64,000 bases of DNA, taken from contig NC_087438.1 in assembly GCF_036321535.1 (NCBI RefSeq), forward strand, positions 10,728,001-10,792,000, in the 5' to 3' direction. Source of the DNA: Camelus dromedarius. Taxonomy: Eukaryota. Position 1 is the stretch's first letter. Every line of letters starts with the position of its first letter. Below the pieces are notes generated by a model. It was given only the letters and a program-made list of their open reading frames with translations. It did not search any database and was not told where the DNA came from. Shown here piece after piece: positions 12,392 to 25,249 of the stretch. The position numbers were made by a program, and so were the translations under genes.

Positions 12392-14505
12392 TAGCTGCTC
12401 ACCCCGACTCCCCGCTCACCACGTTGGGAGCAGCAGCTGTGTTATATGCTTTTGTGAAAATATTTTCTGGAATTTAAACCTCAGGGTTTCTTGCCCTTGA
12501 TTTTAGTTTTTTAATATAGTCAGAGAAGGCAGAGATCTTCCATAGAGGCTGAACTTCTTTTATGCTTTGGAATTAAAAAAGGTAAAAGTGGTAGATATTC
12601 CTTTCATTGACTGCAGTCATTTCTTGAACTTAATATTTCACTTCGGGGGAAAATTAATTCCTCAGAGAGCACATTTTGGCTTCAAGGTGCAAGGCAGTGA
12701 AGCACCTGGTGTAACATCCTGACACGGGCACCTGGATGCTCTGCTTTCCCCCAACACCTCTGTGGACAAATGAAGAGAATCGTCCAGCTGAAAATCCCAC
12801 CTTCTATATTTATAGACCCAGGAAGCGTCAAGCCGTGACCTGCCTTTCCTTCATTTTCTGTGGAAAACTAACCTATCAAACCACATCAAGTCAAATCAAA
12901 CGTACTTTTAATCTTAGACATTATTTCTGGGTTATCTTTTCACTTCTCTGCACATACGATGGCTCAGCAGGTTAGAAACTGTGACCTTAGCTTGGTTCAG
13001 AAATAACCCTCTGAATTCATTATCCTGCTCCTGTTTAACAAGCAGGATTTGAGGAAAAATCTCATTTGATGTATTTTTATTCTCTGTTTGAATTCTATTA
13101 AGCACCAAACAAAAATAAAAATAAATCGTAGTTAAGACGAACAGAAAATCTTAAGTCTATTGGACACATCCAAATCCTTATATTCACAGAACTCTTTCTT
13201 CCTAATTTCATGGTCTCAGAGAACTGCATGATCTCTAGATATTCACAGAGACAGGCATGAGCTCCAGGATCACCTGACTTCAAATCCCAAACCTGACAGC
13301 TACTTACACTGTCATGTTAAATGTAGTTCCGTTTCTGTACCTTACTCACCGATTTGACATTTATCAAATCCTCACACAAAAGTGTAGGTTGGAGAAATGA
13401 CAAGATCATATTATTTAATAGACTCTTAAAGTCAACAAATAATAATGAAGTTTAACCTTAGATATCTTTTTGTTTGTTGGGGGTTCAAATGAGTGTTGGC
13501 TAATATGCAGATATATTGCTTAGGATGGGCTTCCATTTCAGGACAGGGATTAATTGTCTGAAGTCATGTGGGGCTTGAAATAGTGTATGAAAGGGAATTG
13601 TGTCGAAGCTCAATTTTTCATAGAAATGACAAGATACCCTGTCTAATCAGCTATAAATGATGTATCTAAGGAGAAATATTACAGCCTGAAAAACACATGC
13701 ATTAGACCCTGTAGCCCTATAGTTAATCATACAAGGCTGCGTTTAGAGTTATATAGTATAATGCATTGTTCAAAATTCTCATTTTCACCAGCCCTGCCTT
13801 ATTTTACTGTAGCATGCGTCGAGTGAGTAAATAGATACACCGGGGTCGTGGAGCCGAGAAGGGATTTCTGGAGGAAAATTTCTCAGGCAGCTTTGATTAT
13901 TCAAGCCGTTGGCTTTCATCTGATGTCATACCAAGCCTATCTGTTATCTCCATAGACTTGTTTAACTTTTGATCTCTCCTTAGGTAGCTGTTTCTTCCAA
14001 AAATCAAAACTCCCCTTCTACTTAAACGATGGCTGACTTGAAGGTACGTAGCCTTGAGCGCGAGCCTGCGTCTCCAAAGCAAGGCTTTCTGTCCAACTCA
14101 AAGGCCAGTGTTGTTTTCTGCAAAAGCACAGCTGTCAGCGGAGCTGGGTTTTTCTGCTGTTGTTTATGATTAGAGACATATATGACTTAAGTGATGGAAT
14201 TGGCTTTAAACAATCATAACAATAGATGCATCTATCCACAAGGTGGGCATTAGATTGGCTCAAATAATAGAACATTTTCGGAATTCCCTTGGGAGGGTTT
14301 ATTGCCCACACAAGGGAATGAGTCATTGTATTATATTGAGGGTTTGGTCCCTGGTTCTCTCATTTTCTTTCTCTGTGTCATCACCTGACTTTCATCCGGT
14401 CTTACCCTGCTTTCTTGGTCACTGTAGTTCACTGTTCATGAGTCTGTGAGCAAGCCAACCCTCTCTCTGGACCCCTCTAGAATCTGCAATCAAAAACTTC
14501 CTGGA

Positions 14506-14774
14506 TCTCATGAATATAGAAAACAAACTATGGTTACCAAAGGGGAAAGGGCGGCGGGGGGATAACTTAAGGGTTGGGGACACACGTTACTATATATAAA
14601 ATAACAAGGACCTACTGTATAGCACAGGGAACTATATTCAGTTTCTTGTAATAAGAGATAGTGGAAAAGAATCTGAAAAGAAAATATATAAATGTATATG
14701 TTTAACTGAATCACTTTGCTGTACACCTGAAACTAACATTTTAAATCAACTACACTTCAATAAAATTTTTTTAG
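14506..14774 (+). mobile_element. L1 3' end (older subtype)
   Basis: atagaaaacaaactatggttacc...gtacacctgaaactaacatt..aatcaactacacttcaataaaa. Confidence 0.88.
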
Positions 14775-14784
14775 AAAACTTCCT

Positions 14785-15018
14785 AGTAGTAGGGATAGAT
14801 TGGGAGTTTGAGGTTTGCAGATACTAACTACTGTGTATAAAACAGGTAAACAATGTTTCCATTGTATAGCATGGGGAACTATATTCAATATCTTGTAGTA
14901 AACTATAATGAAAAAGAATATGAAAACAAATATATGTATGTCTATGTATGACTGAAACATTATGCTGTACACCAGAAATTGATGCAACATTGTAAACTGA
15001 CTATACTTCCATTAAAAT
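14785..15018 (+). mobile_element. L1 3' end (younger subtype)
   Basis: gggatagattgggagtttgagg...gtacaccagaaattgatgcaacattgtaaactgactatac. Confidence 0.88.
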
Positions 15019-16009
15019 AACTTCCTGAGAACTAAATCAATCTTTTTCTACAACAACTCAGCCCAAATCAAAGATCCAAGAGAATGATTTCTCTCCATTC
15101 ATCAAATTATCTTCTGAACTCAGTTTGTCTAAATGTCTTCGATTTCCCATATCACAGGTTTCTTTCCAGCATGTCCATCACCCACCCAGAAAGGTGATGT
15201 AGTCTCCTACCTCTGTTGTACATCTCCTCTTGTCTTCTTTAGGAAAATGGTAGCGTTTCTAACTCTCAGTTATTATTACCTGATTAACAGTCAAACTGAG
15301 AGTACTTATACTTTATACAGGATTGCTTCTCTGTGTATTGAACTTTTTCATTGATATCCTTAAATTTTTATCTAGCAGTTACCATTAATGTGTGGTGGCC
15401 TTAAATAAAATTAATAACTAACGTCCTTGGAATGATCCCTCCCCATCCCAAGTCCTTTCTATACAAAATTAATGAGATGTTTTTTTAAACTGGAAGTATT
15501 TGAACGGCTTTCACATAGTTAAACTTCATAGGGAACTTCTGCTTATCTAAGACTTTTAAAGATTGTCCTGGAGTGTTATTTCCATGAAGTCACGAGTCCT
15601 CCTGCGCACCACTGCATTTCCTGTGCTTAGAACGGTGGTGGGCACACAGTACATTCTTAATGACTATGCAGTCTGCCCTTTGGCTATTTTGAGAAGTTCG
15701 AAGATGTTGTTGATAGCGCTGGTTTATGAATCCGAGCATGGGAGAGCAGGCATTCTGTACCTAGTCCTGAGTAACTGGGAACTTAGAATCATGTCCGTCA
15801 CATCATGCTCTGAGCCGGTAACTTGGGAAGCTGTCTAATGAATTTGCACAGTGAGAAGTAAACAGGGAGAGTTTGCTTTCTAGAACACATTAATTGGATG
15901 CAGGTTTTAAATTTTGCCCAGAACAACTTTAAATGCCTCTGATTGGAAATCACATCCTGTCCAAACATTTGGGAAAATAGAAGTAAAAATTTCCTTCCTG
16001 TTTATGACC

Positions 16010-16025
16010 ATCTAACCGGTTAGAT
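16010..16025. promoter_or_regulatory. 16-bp perfect palindrome containing the Grainyhead-like (GRHL) consensus AACCGGTT
   Basis: ATCTAACCGGTTAGAT. Confidence 0.35.
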
Positions 16026-17043
16026 TAAAAGAATCATGTTGTTTTTTGGCTCTGTTTTAAGAATTTTATTTGTTCCTGTGCACTGTTACATTCCCTGATA
16101 TGTGAAAAAAGAAGAATCAAAAGTCGTGGGCTTAAACAGCACCATCGCCGGGTTAAGCCTCTTGCAGAGGGAATATAACCTTCAGTTCTCAAGATGCAAG
16201 TTCCTGGCTGGTAATGAATGAAGAACAGCAGTTCCAGAGTGCCCAGTTAACATTCCAGTATGTGTAATGAAGCACCAGCGTGTGCCCCTTCCCCCGGGAG
16301 GGCAACAGGACAGAGTTCCGCCCTAGAGTCCACGGTATCAAAATGGGCTTTGATTTTGTTTTGATTTGTTTTTTAATCACTTTAAAAGATTCTTCATAGT
16401 ATCAAAGAGCTTTTGCTCTGTGACAGGGTTAAGTAACCATCCAATCATATATACATTTTGCAGAGACATTAAGGGCTGATAAGTTCCAAGAGCTGGCTGG
16501 CACCAGACAACTCGTTAAACACAGAGCCAGAGTTCAAATTCAGTAGCATTTTCCCAGCTACACTCTTACCTATTTCATTCTTTACTCCCTCCTCTGTGAA
16601 CATGACTTATCCGGACTCTAACAGGAAAATAACTTATTTCTGCAGTATAATCTACAGAAGCTGTGTTGGAATAACCAGGGTGAGGCAAAATTCTTCCTGT
16701 TGAGGGATTTTGCCCTGGAAGCCTTGCCCTCTGCAATGCCACAATCGGCCTCTGTGGTGTTCCACTGGGAAATGGTCAAGACGTTCACTTCCATTTCTGG
16801 GCTATTCTGGTGCTTCGCATGGCACCAAGGAAATGAGGAGGAGATTTGTGTTTAAGACTGTAATTCTTTTTGCTTAAGCCTTGATGTGGTATCAATGGGT
16901 GAGGAGCAGACAGCACAATTTGTTGACTGTATTATGCAGGTTTCTTTAGGACATTTAGAAAACAGAATGGAAAAAATGGAATGAGACATAAAGCAGCAAA
17001 ACATTGTAAGTGCTCAAAGAAATTGGATAATATCTTTGGAAGT

Positions 17044-17074
<31 letters not shown>

Positions 17075-17249
17075 GCTTCTGTGAAGTCCTCTAGCCTTGT
17101 GAAACCCCCAATTCAAATTCCAGGTAAAGTCAATCCCTTACATAGTCCAACACCTATATATTTTTGAAAAACTAACTGTCCCCCTCCACATTTTTTGTTG
17201 TTTTCATACAATAGAAAATGTACAATTTTTTGTACATTAAAAAACAAAC

Positions 17250-17945
17250 TTTTAATTAAAGTATTACAAAAATAGAAAAAGGTATGTGTTAATTTTCATA
17301 AGGTGAACAGAAATTATAAATACCATCCACGCCAAGATAAAAAACATTACTGGTGACTCAGAAGACTTTTCCAGACCCTTCCCAGTAAACCTCCTTCTCC
17401 CCGAAAAGGTAACCAGCATCCTTATTTCAATCACTGATTGAACTTGGCTTTGCAAGTTTTTGAACCTTCTGTAAGTGAAATAATACGGTAAGTACTCTTC
17501 AGTGTCTGGTTTCTTTCATTCAACATTTTTTTTTTTTGTTACCTGTAGCCGATTTGTTCATTCTCATTGCCAAGAGTTCTCCATTACTGAATATACCTCT
17601 ATCCACTTACTGCTAATGGACTTTGGAGCTGTTTCCAGTTTCTGGTTACTAAGGGGAGGCTTCTATGAGCACCTTGTGCACGGCTTTGGGTACACATACG
17701 TGCTCGTTTCCTTTGGGGATATACTGAGGAGCAGAATTGCTGGTCATAGAGAAATCCTAGGTTCAGCTTTAGTGGGTTTGGCCCAACTATTTTCAGTTGA
17801 TTGTACTAATTTACATTATCAACCATGGTCTATGGAGAATCCAGCTGCTTAATATCCCCACCCGAAGTTGGTGCTCTGGTGGGTCCATGCTGGCATTTCA
17901 CTGTGGCTTTCATTTGCATTTTCCTGATAACTAACAGTGAGCATC
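17250..17945 (-). mobile_element. Ancient L1 (L1ME-like) 3' region
   Basis: gtgtctggtttctttcattcaacatt...gctgtttccagttctggttact...tttcatttgcattttcctgataactaa. Confidence 0.7.
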
Positions 17946-18462
17946 TGTCAATACCCTCCAGCCAAAGACCACCAGGAACACACCTGAAGTTGCACAATTT
18001 GGGTTTACTGCTGGCTAGGATGAGGGAAACTCCCCACAGTGGGACTGATGGTATCTCAGTAAGAGGGAGTTAAGAAGGATTTGCTCTAAGATTTGGTGTT
18101 TTTAAGGAGAGTTTATGGAAGTAGAACTTTGCTCCAATCATGCTGTCAGGAAGCCAGGGCACTTCTATAATTGGGGGTCTTAATCAATCTTATCCCTAAG
18201 GCAGGAGGAGTGCACTGGGGCTATTAGGCAGGGAAGGGGGTTTGGGTTTAGTCATTTTTATGGTTTGACCGACAGACTTGGTCTTGTCTGTGTTCAGACA
18301 TGATTATCTCCGTTTGTCTTGATCCATCTCTGGTTACAGGGCGAGCTTATCTGATGCTGTGGACCTGCGGAATGGTTTATGTCCCACAGGGTAGCCCCGG
18401 GGCAGGGCTGGCGGCAGCAGCCTGCTCCCAGAAGTCAGGGGCTGCTTTTTTCCTTTCTCACA
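17946..18462 (-). mobile_element. Solo LTR, ERVL class (MER54/MER73/MER74-like)
   Basis: TG...CA termini (tgtcaa / ctcaca); minus strand begins tgtgagaaaggaaaaaagcagcccctga; family assignment from recall only. Confidence 0.5.
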
Positions 18463-18479
18463 CCTGTTTGTCAGAGAGT

Positions 18480-19410
18480 GGTGTGTGGTTTTCCTTCCTA
18501 TAATGTTCTTTTCAGATTTTGGTCTCCAGTTTATGCTAGCTTCATAATACGAGTCAGGAAGTGTGTGGTCTGTTCTGGTCTGTAGAAAAGTTTATATAGC
18601 ATTGGTGTCAATTATTCTTTAAACATTTGCAGAAAATCTGCTGGTGAAGTTGTCTGAGCCTTGACAAGACTCGCTCCTTGACCAAACTTTGGTCAGGCTC
18701 CTCTGAGCCCTTTCTCAGTGAGGCCTCTGCCTTGGCCACCAGCTTTGCTGGGCCTGCTCGGCTCAGTTACAGCGAGGATCCTGCTAAGTCAAGTTAGGAG
18801 GAACCCCCAGCCTCGATACCTGAGCACGCTGGCATGACTTCAGCAAGAATCTCGTTACGTTGGTTTAGCAGGAACCCTCCTACCCTTGATTTTCCATCCA
18901 CTGACTCCTTCCTTCTACTTCTTGGCTAAAAATGCCCAGCTGTCTTTACTGTATTAGGAACGGAGCCCAGTTCTCTCCTGAGGTGTCTTTTCCCCGATTA
19001 CAATCATTTCTGAATAAAATCTGTTTTTACTGCTGTAACTCTACGTCGTTCTAATTTTCTCTGACAGCCTGGAGGTGGTGCCATGAGGTTAACATTGGGG
19101 TTACGCTTCCAATGGCTTTATTAGATATCTAACTATTCAGATTTTCTGTTTATTTTAGTTTCACTTTCAGGGTTTTATTTTTTTGAAAAAAAGGAATCTG
19201 TCCTTTCATCTGTACGTTCAAAAACAGTTTTAGAATGATGTTTGCAAAAAAAAAAAAAAAAAGAATGACGTTTGTAAGAGCGTCTTAAGATCTTTTACAT
19301 GCCTGTAGCATTGGCAACGATATCCCATTTTCCACTCCTTATGTTTATATTTTGTAGCATTTCTCTTTCTTTTAATCAACCTTGTTAGATGTTTATGGAT
19401 GTTGCTGACA
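18480..19410 (-). mobile_element. Ancient L1 ORF2 fragment, split by the MER31 LTR
   Basis: ttatgctagcttcataat...ctgctggtgaagttgtctgagcct|ggag...ctattcagattttctg, typical antisense L1 ORF2. Confidence 0.6.
18662..19066 (+). mobile_element. MER31-like ERV1 solo LTR
   Basis: Starts TGACAAGACTCGCTCCTTGACCAAACTTTGGTCAGGCTCCTCTGAGCCC, has AATAAA near 19013, ends TGACA; 4-bp TSD GCCT (18658-18661 / 19067-19070). Confidence 0.85.
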
Positions 19411-19422
19411 GCATCATATTTA

Positions 19423-19545
19423 CTTTTTATTTTTGTTATTGAAGTGTAGTCGATTTACAATGTTAGTTTCAGATGTGCAGCAAAGCGATTCAGTTATACA
19501 TAAGCATACATACGTATATATTTTTTCAGTTCCTTTTCCATTATG
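19423..19545 (-). mobile_element. Short L1 3' end
   Basis: attgaagtgtagtcgatttacaatgttagtttcag; TSD GCATCATATTTA at 19411-19422 and 19546-19557. Confidence 0.88.
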
Positions 19546-21234
19546 GCATCATATTTAAATTTCCATAAGACATTATTATTATTACTGTTTTGTACAATTA
19601 ATTTTTACTTAGATTTACATAAATTTACGTTCCTCATTATTCCAATGTATTTTTGTGTTGCAGTCTTCTGCTGACACACTGGGGAAGACACTGCTGAGTG
19701 CTGGATTCATTCTTGGTGCCTTCTTCTTGTTGGTACCTCAGTCTCTCAAGAGCTCTTTCTTAGCCTCAAATCCCATTTTGTCTTCCTGACTCTGTAAAAC
19801 CACTTAAAGCTCTGTTCGCATCTCTGCCTCCCCGACCCTAGCCTGCTATTGATGCCAGAAACCCTTCCACAAGGAACAGATTCTGTCAGTAGAGGAAGTT
19901 TAAACATTTCAGAACTCTGAGAGCCCAGGATAACACGCTGACTCTGGTGAATGACAGATATACGATTCTTCCTTAGGAACAGAACCGGGACAAGCAAGAG
20001 ACAGGCTATGGCAGCGAGAAAGAGGCAGAGAAGAGAAAAACAGTCTGAAACACTTTGATGATGTCTCTGGCAGTGTCTGGAGGCCAGAGGCCAGTGATCC
20101 TTCCATTGCCGCAATAACCAGAAGCACCAGATGTCTTTATCTCCTCCTCTGACCCACCGTCCTCAGGTAGATGTGTAGCAGAGAGGGCGTTAGCCGATGC
20201 ACTTTCTGATTATCTTTACCCCCGTGCCGCTGCCTCCCGGGATGCAGTTGTGGCCCAAGGGAACACAGGTGGCAGGAAAATCGAAAATGAAAAATGTGCT
20301 CTTTTGATCTCTGGTATTTTATTTCACTAATAATCTTTCGGGGTCACAGTCCTTCTGAAAAATTGATTATTGCTAAACCTTGGTGTGCTTCTTGTGTATA
20401 AAAATTCTCTCCTCATCTGTTGTCTGTTTGCGTCAGTGTTCTATAAATACATTAATTGGTGCCGCTTTTCATTTAACTGTCACTGCTGTCTCTCTCTCTC
20501 CTTTTTTGACAAGCTTGTATGAAACTCTCTTACGATGGAACAAAATAAAACCACCCAGTCATAGGGGTCTATTTTGGCAAAAGAGGAGTGTAACAGGAAG
20601 AAAATTTGTAGTCTTTTGTGGTGAGCAAAGGGCTGTTAAACTCATCAGTGATAAGTTTGCATGAAAAATTTGGAATACAATTCTTTTCTAGATGTAGATT
20701 GAAAAAAACAAAACAAAACCCTGAAGGAAACCACTGAAATAAGGCAGGTACAACAGAATTATCAGAACATTGCACCGTGGGAAATGGGCTGAAACCAATT
20801 TCAACCTCATTTTAACATTCATCAGGTCATACTTATTTTAGATGACTTTGGCTTTAGTGGTGTTTCAAAAACCATATTCCATGTGTGCTCCCTTCTGCCT
20901 TGAAAAGCGGTAGCCATTTAACAGTGGAAACCGAATGAGCATATCCATCAATTTCAAGCATCTTTTCAACGTGATAGAAATTGGGATTAACTAGTTGCAT
21001 GGTAGAGTATATTCTTACTAACTCCCATCTACAAGACACTTAAGGACACAGTAGCTAATCATTTTAAAGGTCTGCTACTCTGTGCTCTAAAGCTTATAAA
21101 ACCAGTGTTTTGGAATTTGTCAACGGACTAAAATTTAGGGTATAATGAGGCCCTTTATTTTCAGATGAACTTAGATGGATGCCATCCCAGACCAGTTGAC
21201 TGGAATATCAGCCAGGGTTCGACCAGAGAAACAG

Positions 21235-21548
21235 AATGAGTGATTGTAGGAGCTGGCAAGTCTGGCGTCACTAGGACAGGCTTTAGGATGAACTGTCTGG
21301 AAACTCTTGGGGGAACTAATGTTGCAATCTGCAGGTGAAATTTCTTCTCCCACCAAGATACCTAAGTTTGGCACTTATGGTCTTCAGTGGATTGGAGAAG
21401 GCCCCTCACATTGAGGGTAAACTCCTTTCTTTCAAGTTAATTGACTATAGACGTTAATCACATCTACAGAATACTCTGTCCTAGCCCAGTGTTTGAATGG
21501 CTGGCTACTGTATCCTTGCGACGTTGACACATAAAACCAACCATCACA
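21235..21548 (-). mobile_element. MLT2-type ERVL LTR fragment
   Basis: ggagctggcaagtctg...ggattggagaaggcccctcacatt...gttgacacataaaaccaaccatcaca terminus. Confidence 0.75.
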
Positions 21549-23373
21549 ACCGGTCATGCAAAACTCTCCTCTGTTTGAAAGGAATTAACTTGAAGTGACA
21601 TGCAGTGTCTTCATTATAAGCAACATATACAAGCCTGGCTTGCATGGGTTGCTTTTTGACCCCGAAATGGGGTCCTTCTTGTGGTGTGAGAAGAAGCTGA
21701 TCTGTCCTGCTCTCACAGTTCCTGATACTTTGGTAGGGGACATGTAGTCAGGACACTAGACAATCAGGCAAAGTTTTCTTATTTTTTGTGAAAGGTACAC
21801 AGAATGAAGATCCACACTCTCAGTCAACCATCTCCTTGCCTCTTTTTGCTTCTGGAGAATGGGGCAGAGGGAAAGGCCTCTGAGAATTTGTAATCAGTGT
21901 TCAGTTCTGAAGGATGCTTAATTCAAAAGATAACTAAAATGAATACAAGTTCTGTAAACATGGATTCTTTAGGAATGGAGAATGTTTCCTTTTAGGACAA
22001 AATGTGCACTTGGCCAATCTATATTCGTTCATAGAAACTTTCATTGTGGCTTCATATTTTTAATAACTGAAGTAATGTTTCTCATGGCTCATATAGCTTC
22101 TTTAGTTTGTTCAGTAATTTTATACTTGTAAGTTCTGCTGGGCCATACTAAATGCATGTTATGAGAAAAAATGTAACACTTTCTAATAAGAAAGAAAATG
22201 ACTTTGTACTTAGGTCTCCATTCCATTCCTTGGTCACTGACAATTGACCAGGCAAATTGAAATACAAAGGGGAATAATTACCTAACACATTGGTTAAGTG
22301 TGATCTGTCATGGGATTGCAGAAATTGTCCTCCCACCAAAAGCTCTTTTGATCCTCTTATTTCTTGGCTGGCCTGGTTTCATCAAACGTAACTTTAAAAT
22401 TCAAGTTCTGTTGATAGGAACGTGTTAAACACATACTAAGATGCTTTGGTGTTCTCTGAGAATGACAGATATTCCTTGTAAAGCTTTCACTTTTTATTTT
22501 TTTAAGACCTCCAAATTCTATTACTATACATGAAGAGGGTAGGGAGGTTTACATATTTTGATTTTTATTCTCACAATATAATTATCTCAAGAGAATTCTA
22601 AGGGAAAAAAACCCAAACAGCTTGACAGTATTATTTGTTGCCTGAATAAAAAGCAACATTGTCCACATTTTGTGCAAATGGGAGGCGACTCCAGGTGTCC
22701 CAGTGCACAGCCCGCGAGCCGACGAGAGCAGGACCCACAGGAGAGCCGTCCGGGGGCAGTGAGGGCGGTCAGGCTGGTGGACCAGGGCATCCTTTCAACT
22801 TGTGGTGGTGAAACTCAGGGGTTGGAACCTGCTGCATGGAAAGGAAAATTTTCCTCCCAGCCCTTTTCATCTTGATTGAGGTTAAAATATAAATGGGAGT
22901 GTTTGTGTTAGAGCCTCTTGCAACCATTTTCTTGAAGACGAACACTTAAGTGCTTTTCTAAAACATTTGAAATTGAAAATGCAGACTGTGGGCTTCGCTG
23001 GTTTGTCCATGGGTGGTCTTCAGAGGCTGGACCAAGACTGGGTGTTGGGTGTTTGCCTATACGGGGCGAGTGAGGTGCTGGTAGACCTGGGCATAGTACT
23101 TCTGAGAAATCTTGAAAAGAACCCACGTGATTTTTCTGCTTTCACCTTCCTTCAGCCCCAGAACATTTGGCCCCTCAGTATCCCAGCAAGGCCACTCTTC
23201 AAAGAGTCACAGAGCTAGGGGCCCTTGTTCAGCAAAGACGGACTTACTCTTGCCTCTGAACATTGCTCAATAAAGAGTTTTGCTGAGATGCTAAGCCAAC
23301 AAGGGCAGTTCCTTCTTTATATGTGAGAAACGGGCAATCACGGGGTTTAGGTAGAGAAGTCTCATTTCTATTA

Positions 23374-23748
23374 CAGTAGTGCTCAAACTCTTTGATTATG
23401 AAAGCTACAATTGACACTGTGACTTAGAACACAATTGCATTTGCACGCGCACACACACACACCCACAAAACTTAAACAGAAATGTTGCAGACCAGTTCCC
23501 AACATTGTTACCCACGATTGGTTCTGATATTTTCTGTCCAATCCTATCCATCCTATCCTGTCCTGTCCACTCCATTCCCTCCCATCCAACCCATCCTATC
23601 CTCACTTCCCCATCCTTTCTTATCCTATCCTATCCATGCCATCCCATCCCATGCCATCTCATTCTATCCTACCCAATCTATATCCAAAACGCTAGTCATG
23701 AGTCATTAAATTGATCTGATGACACTTTAACGCCAGGTGGAAAACACT
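23374..23748. mobile_element. hAT-Charlie-type MITE relic containing a microsatellite
   Basis: Ends cagtagtgctcaaact / ggaaaacacttg resemble Charlie TIRs. Confidence 0.45.
23540..23685. repeat. Degenerate (ATCCY)n pentamer repeat
   Basis: Repeated atcct/atccc/gtcct units. Confidence 0.85.
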
Positions 23749-25249
23749 TGATCTACTCCTAGAAAATAAAATCAGTGGTGATGCTGCTTCCTGCTCTTTG
23801 AAAGAAGCTCTTCTGTATCGAAAAATCTGTGGCCCACAGATACACTGATTTCTGCCCAGCCCTTCTCCTCCCCAGGAGGAGGAGGGGAAAGAGGGTAAAA
23901 AGTAGAGCTGTGTTCTTTCAGTGCGACACAGATACACGCAGGGATGTGTGTGCTCTTCATTTTTTACCATCCTTAGTTCCCAAACCTGACTTTCCTTTCC
24001 CTGCAGTGGGATGAGAAAAAAGAAAATCAGTGTCTGTTGTAACTGGACAGGGCATGGACTGGTGCTGGGAATGGGGACTCTTTTTTCAACTCTCACACCT
24101 CATCCAAACTGGGAGTAAACAGAAGTTATTACCAGGCAGAGCTCTGAGTAGACTGATTGGTGATCTGCATTCATGTCTTGATGTGGTATGAGTTTGCTCT
24201 CTGTGGTCAATTCTGGTAGGCATTCTAAAAGCCCCCAGAAGAGAAATTAATTGCCTACTATTCCTGTGATGTTAATGGTGCTCCCTTGGGCTTTCAAAAG
24301 CAACTTTCAAAGGGGAATGTGATTTAGTCCGTAGTTATGTTTATGTTTTGGTTTTCCAGTGTCTGGAGTTCTTTATTAAAGGCTGTCAACCTAGGGTTTT
24401 AACCGCAAAGATTTAGCACCATGTTTTTAAGAAAAAGAAAGTCAAGTTTGGGGTTAATGAAAGTTAAAAATCTTTGGGTCTCCTGGTGGGTCTCCTGTAC
24501 AGACACTTGTTTTGCCACCGTCTCTTGCCCGGGTACGCCAGGGCTTTGCAGACCAGCTGGGCCAGAGGGAAAACAAAGTAAACATTACCAACGGTGACTG
24601 TCAGCCTCCTTTTTTTTTTTTTTCCTACCAGACAAACCTCTTTTTTTTCCCTTTAAAATTTTGTCTGCATTTGACATTTTGAATCACTCCAGAAAGTAGG
24701 ATATTGTTTTTATTGAAGACACTGACTGGGTGAGCATCTCCTACCAACTTGTCTGGAAAAAGCACCAGACGTCCCCTTCTCATTTGCCTCTGGCCGAGGT
24801 AAATACTGCTCCTCCCGACCTCACAGGGTTGAGACTCTGAGGACTGCAGCTTGTGTGGCCCCAGGCATGGAGAAGTTCCAGTATGGAGACAAGCACCTAA
24901 GCATGATGGAGCCCGCGTGTTACAGATGGGCCTGACACCTGGTCTAGGGGGACTGTTCACCTGCAGTGGGCCTGCCTAGACTTCAAAGCTCAGAAGAAGT
25001 GAAATGTTCTAACCATGAACATATTTGTCACATACTGAGCGAAAGTACAGAGATTCTTGGAGGAGGCAGTGGTTGAAGTATTAGAAGCAGACTCGTCATA
25101 ACAAAAATATTTTGTCATTGTTGCTTTGCCTAATGGACAGGTGTGTCCACACTGGGATATAACACGGAGGCTGAGTCTCTGTCTTTATATCTCAAACAGT
25201 CACCATCTACTTTCTCGTTCTCCCAAGAGTCAGCTCCAACTCTTACCTT

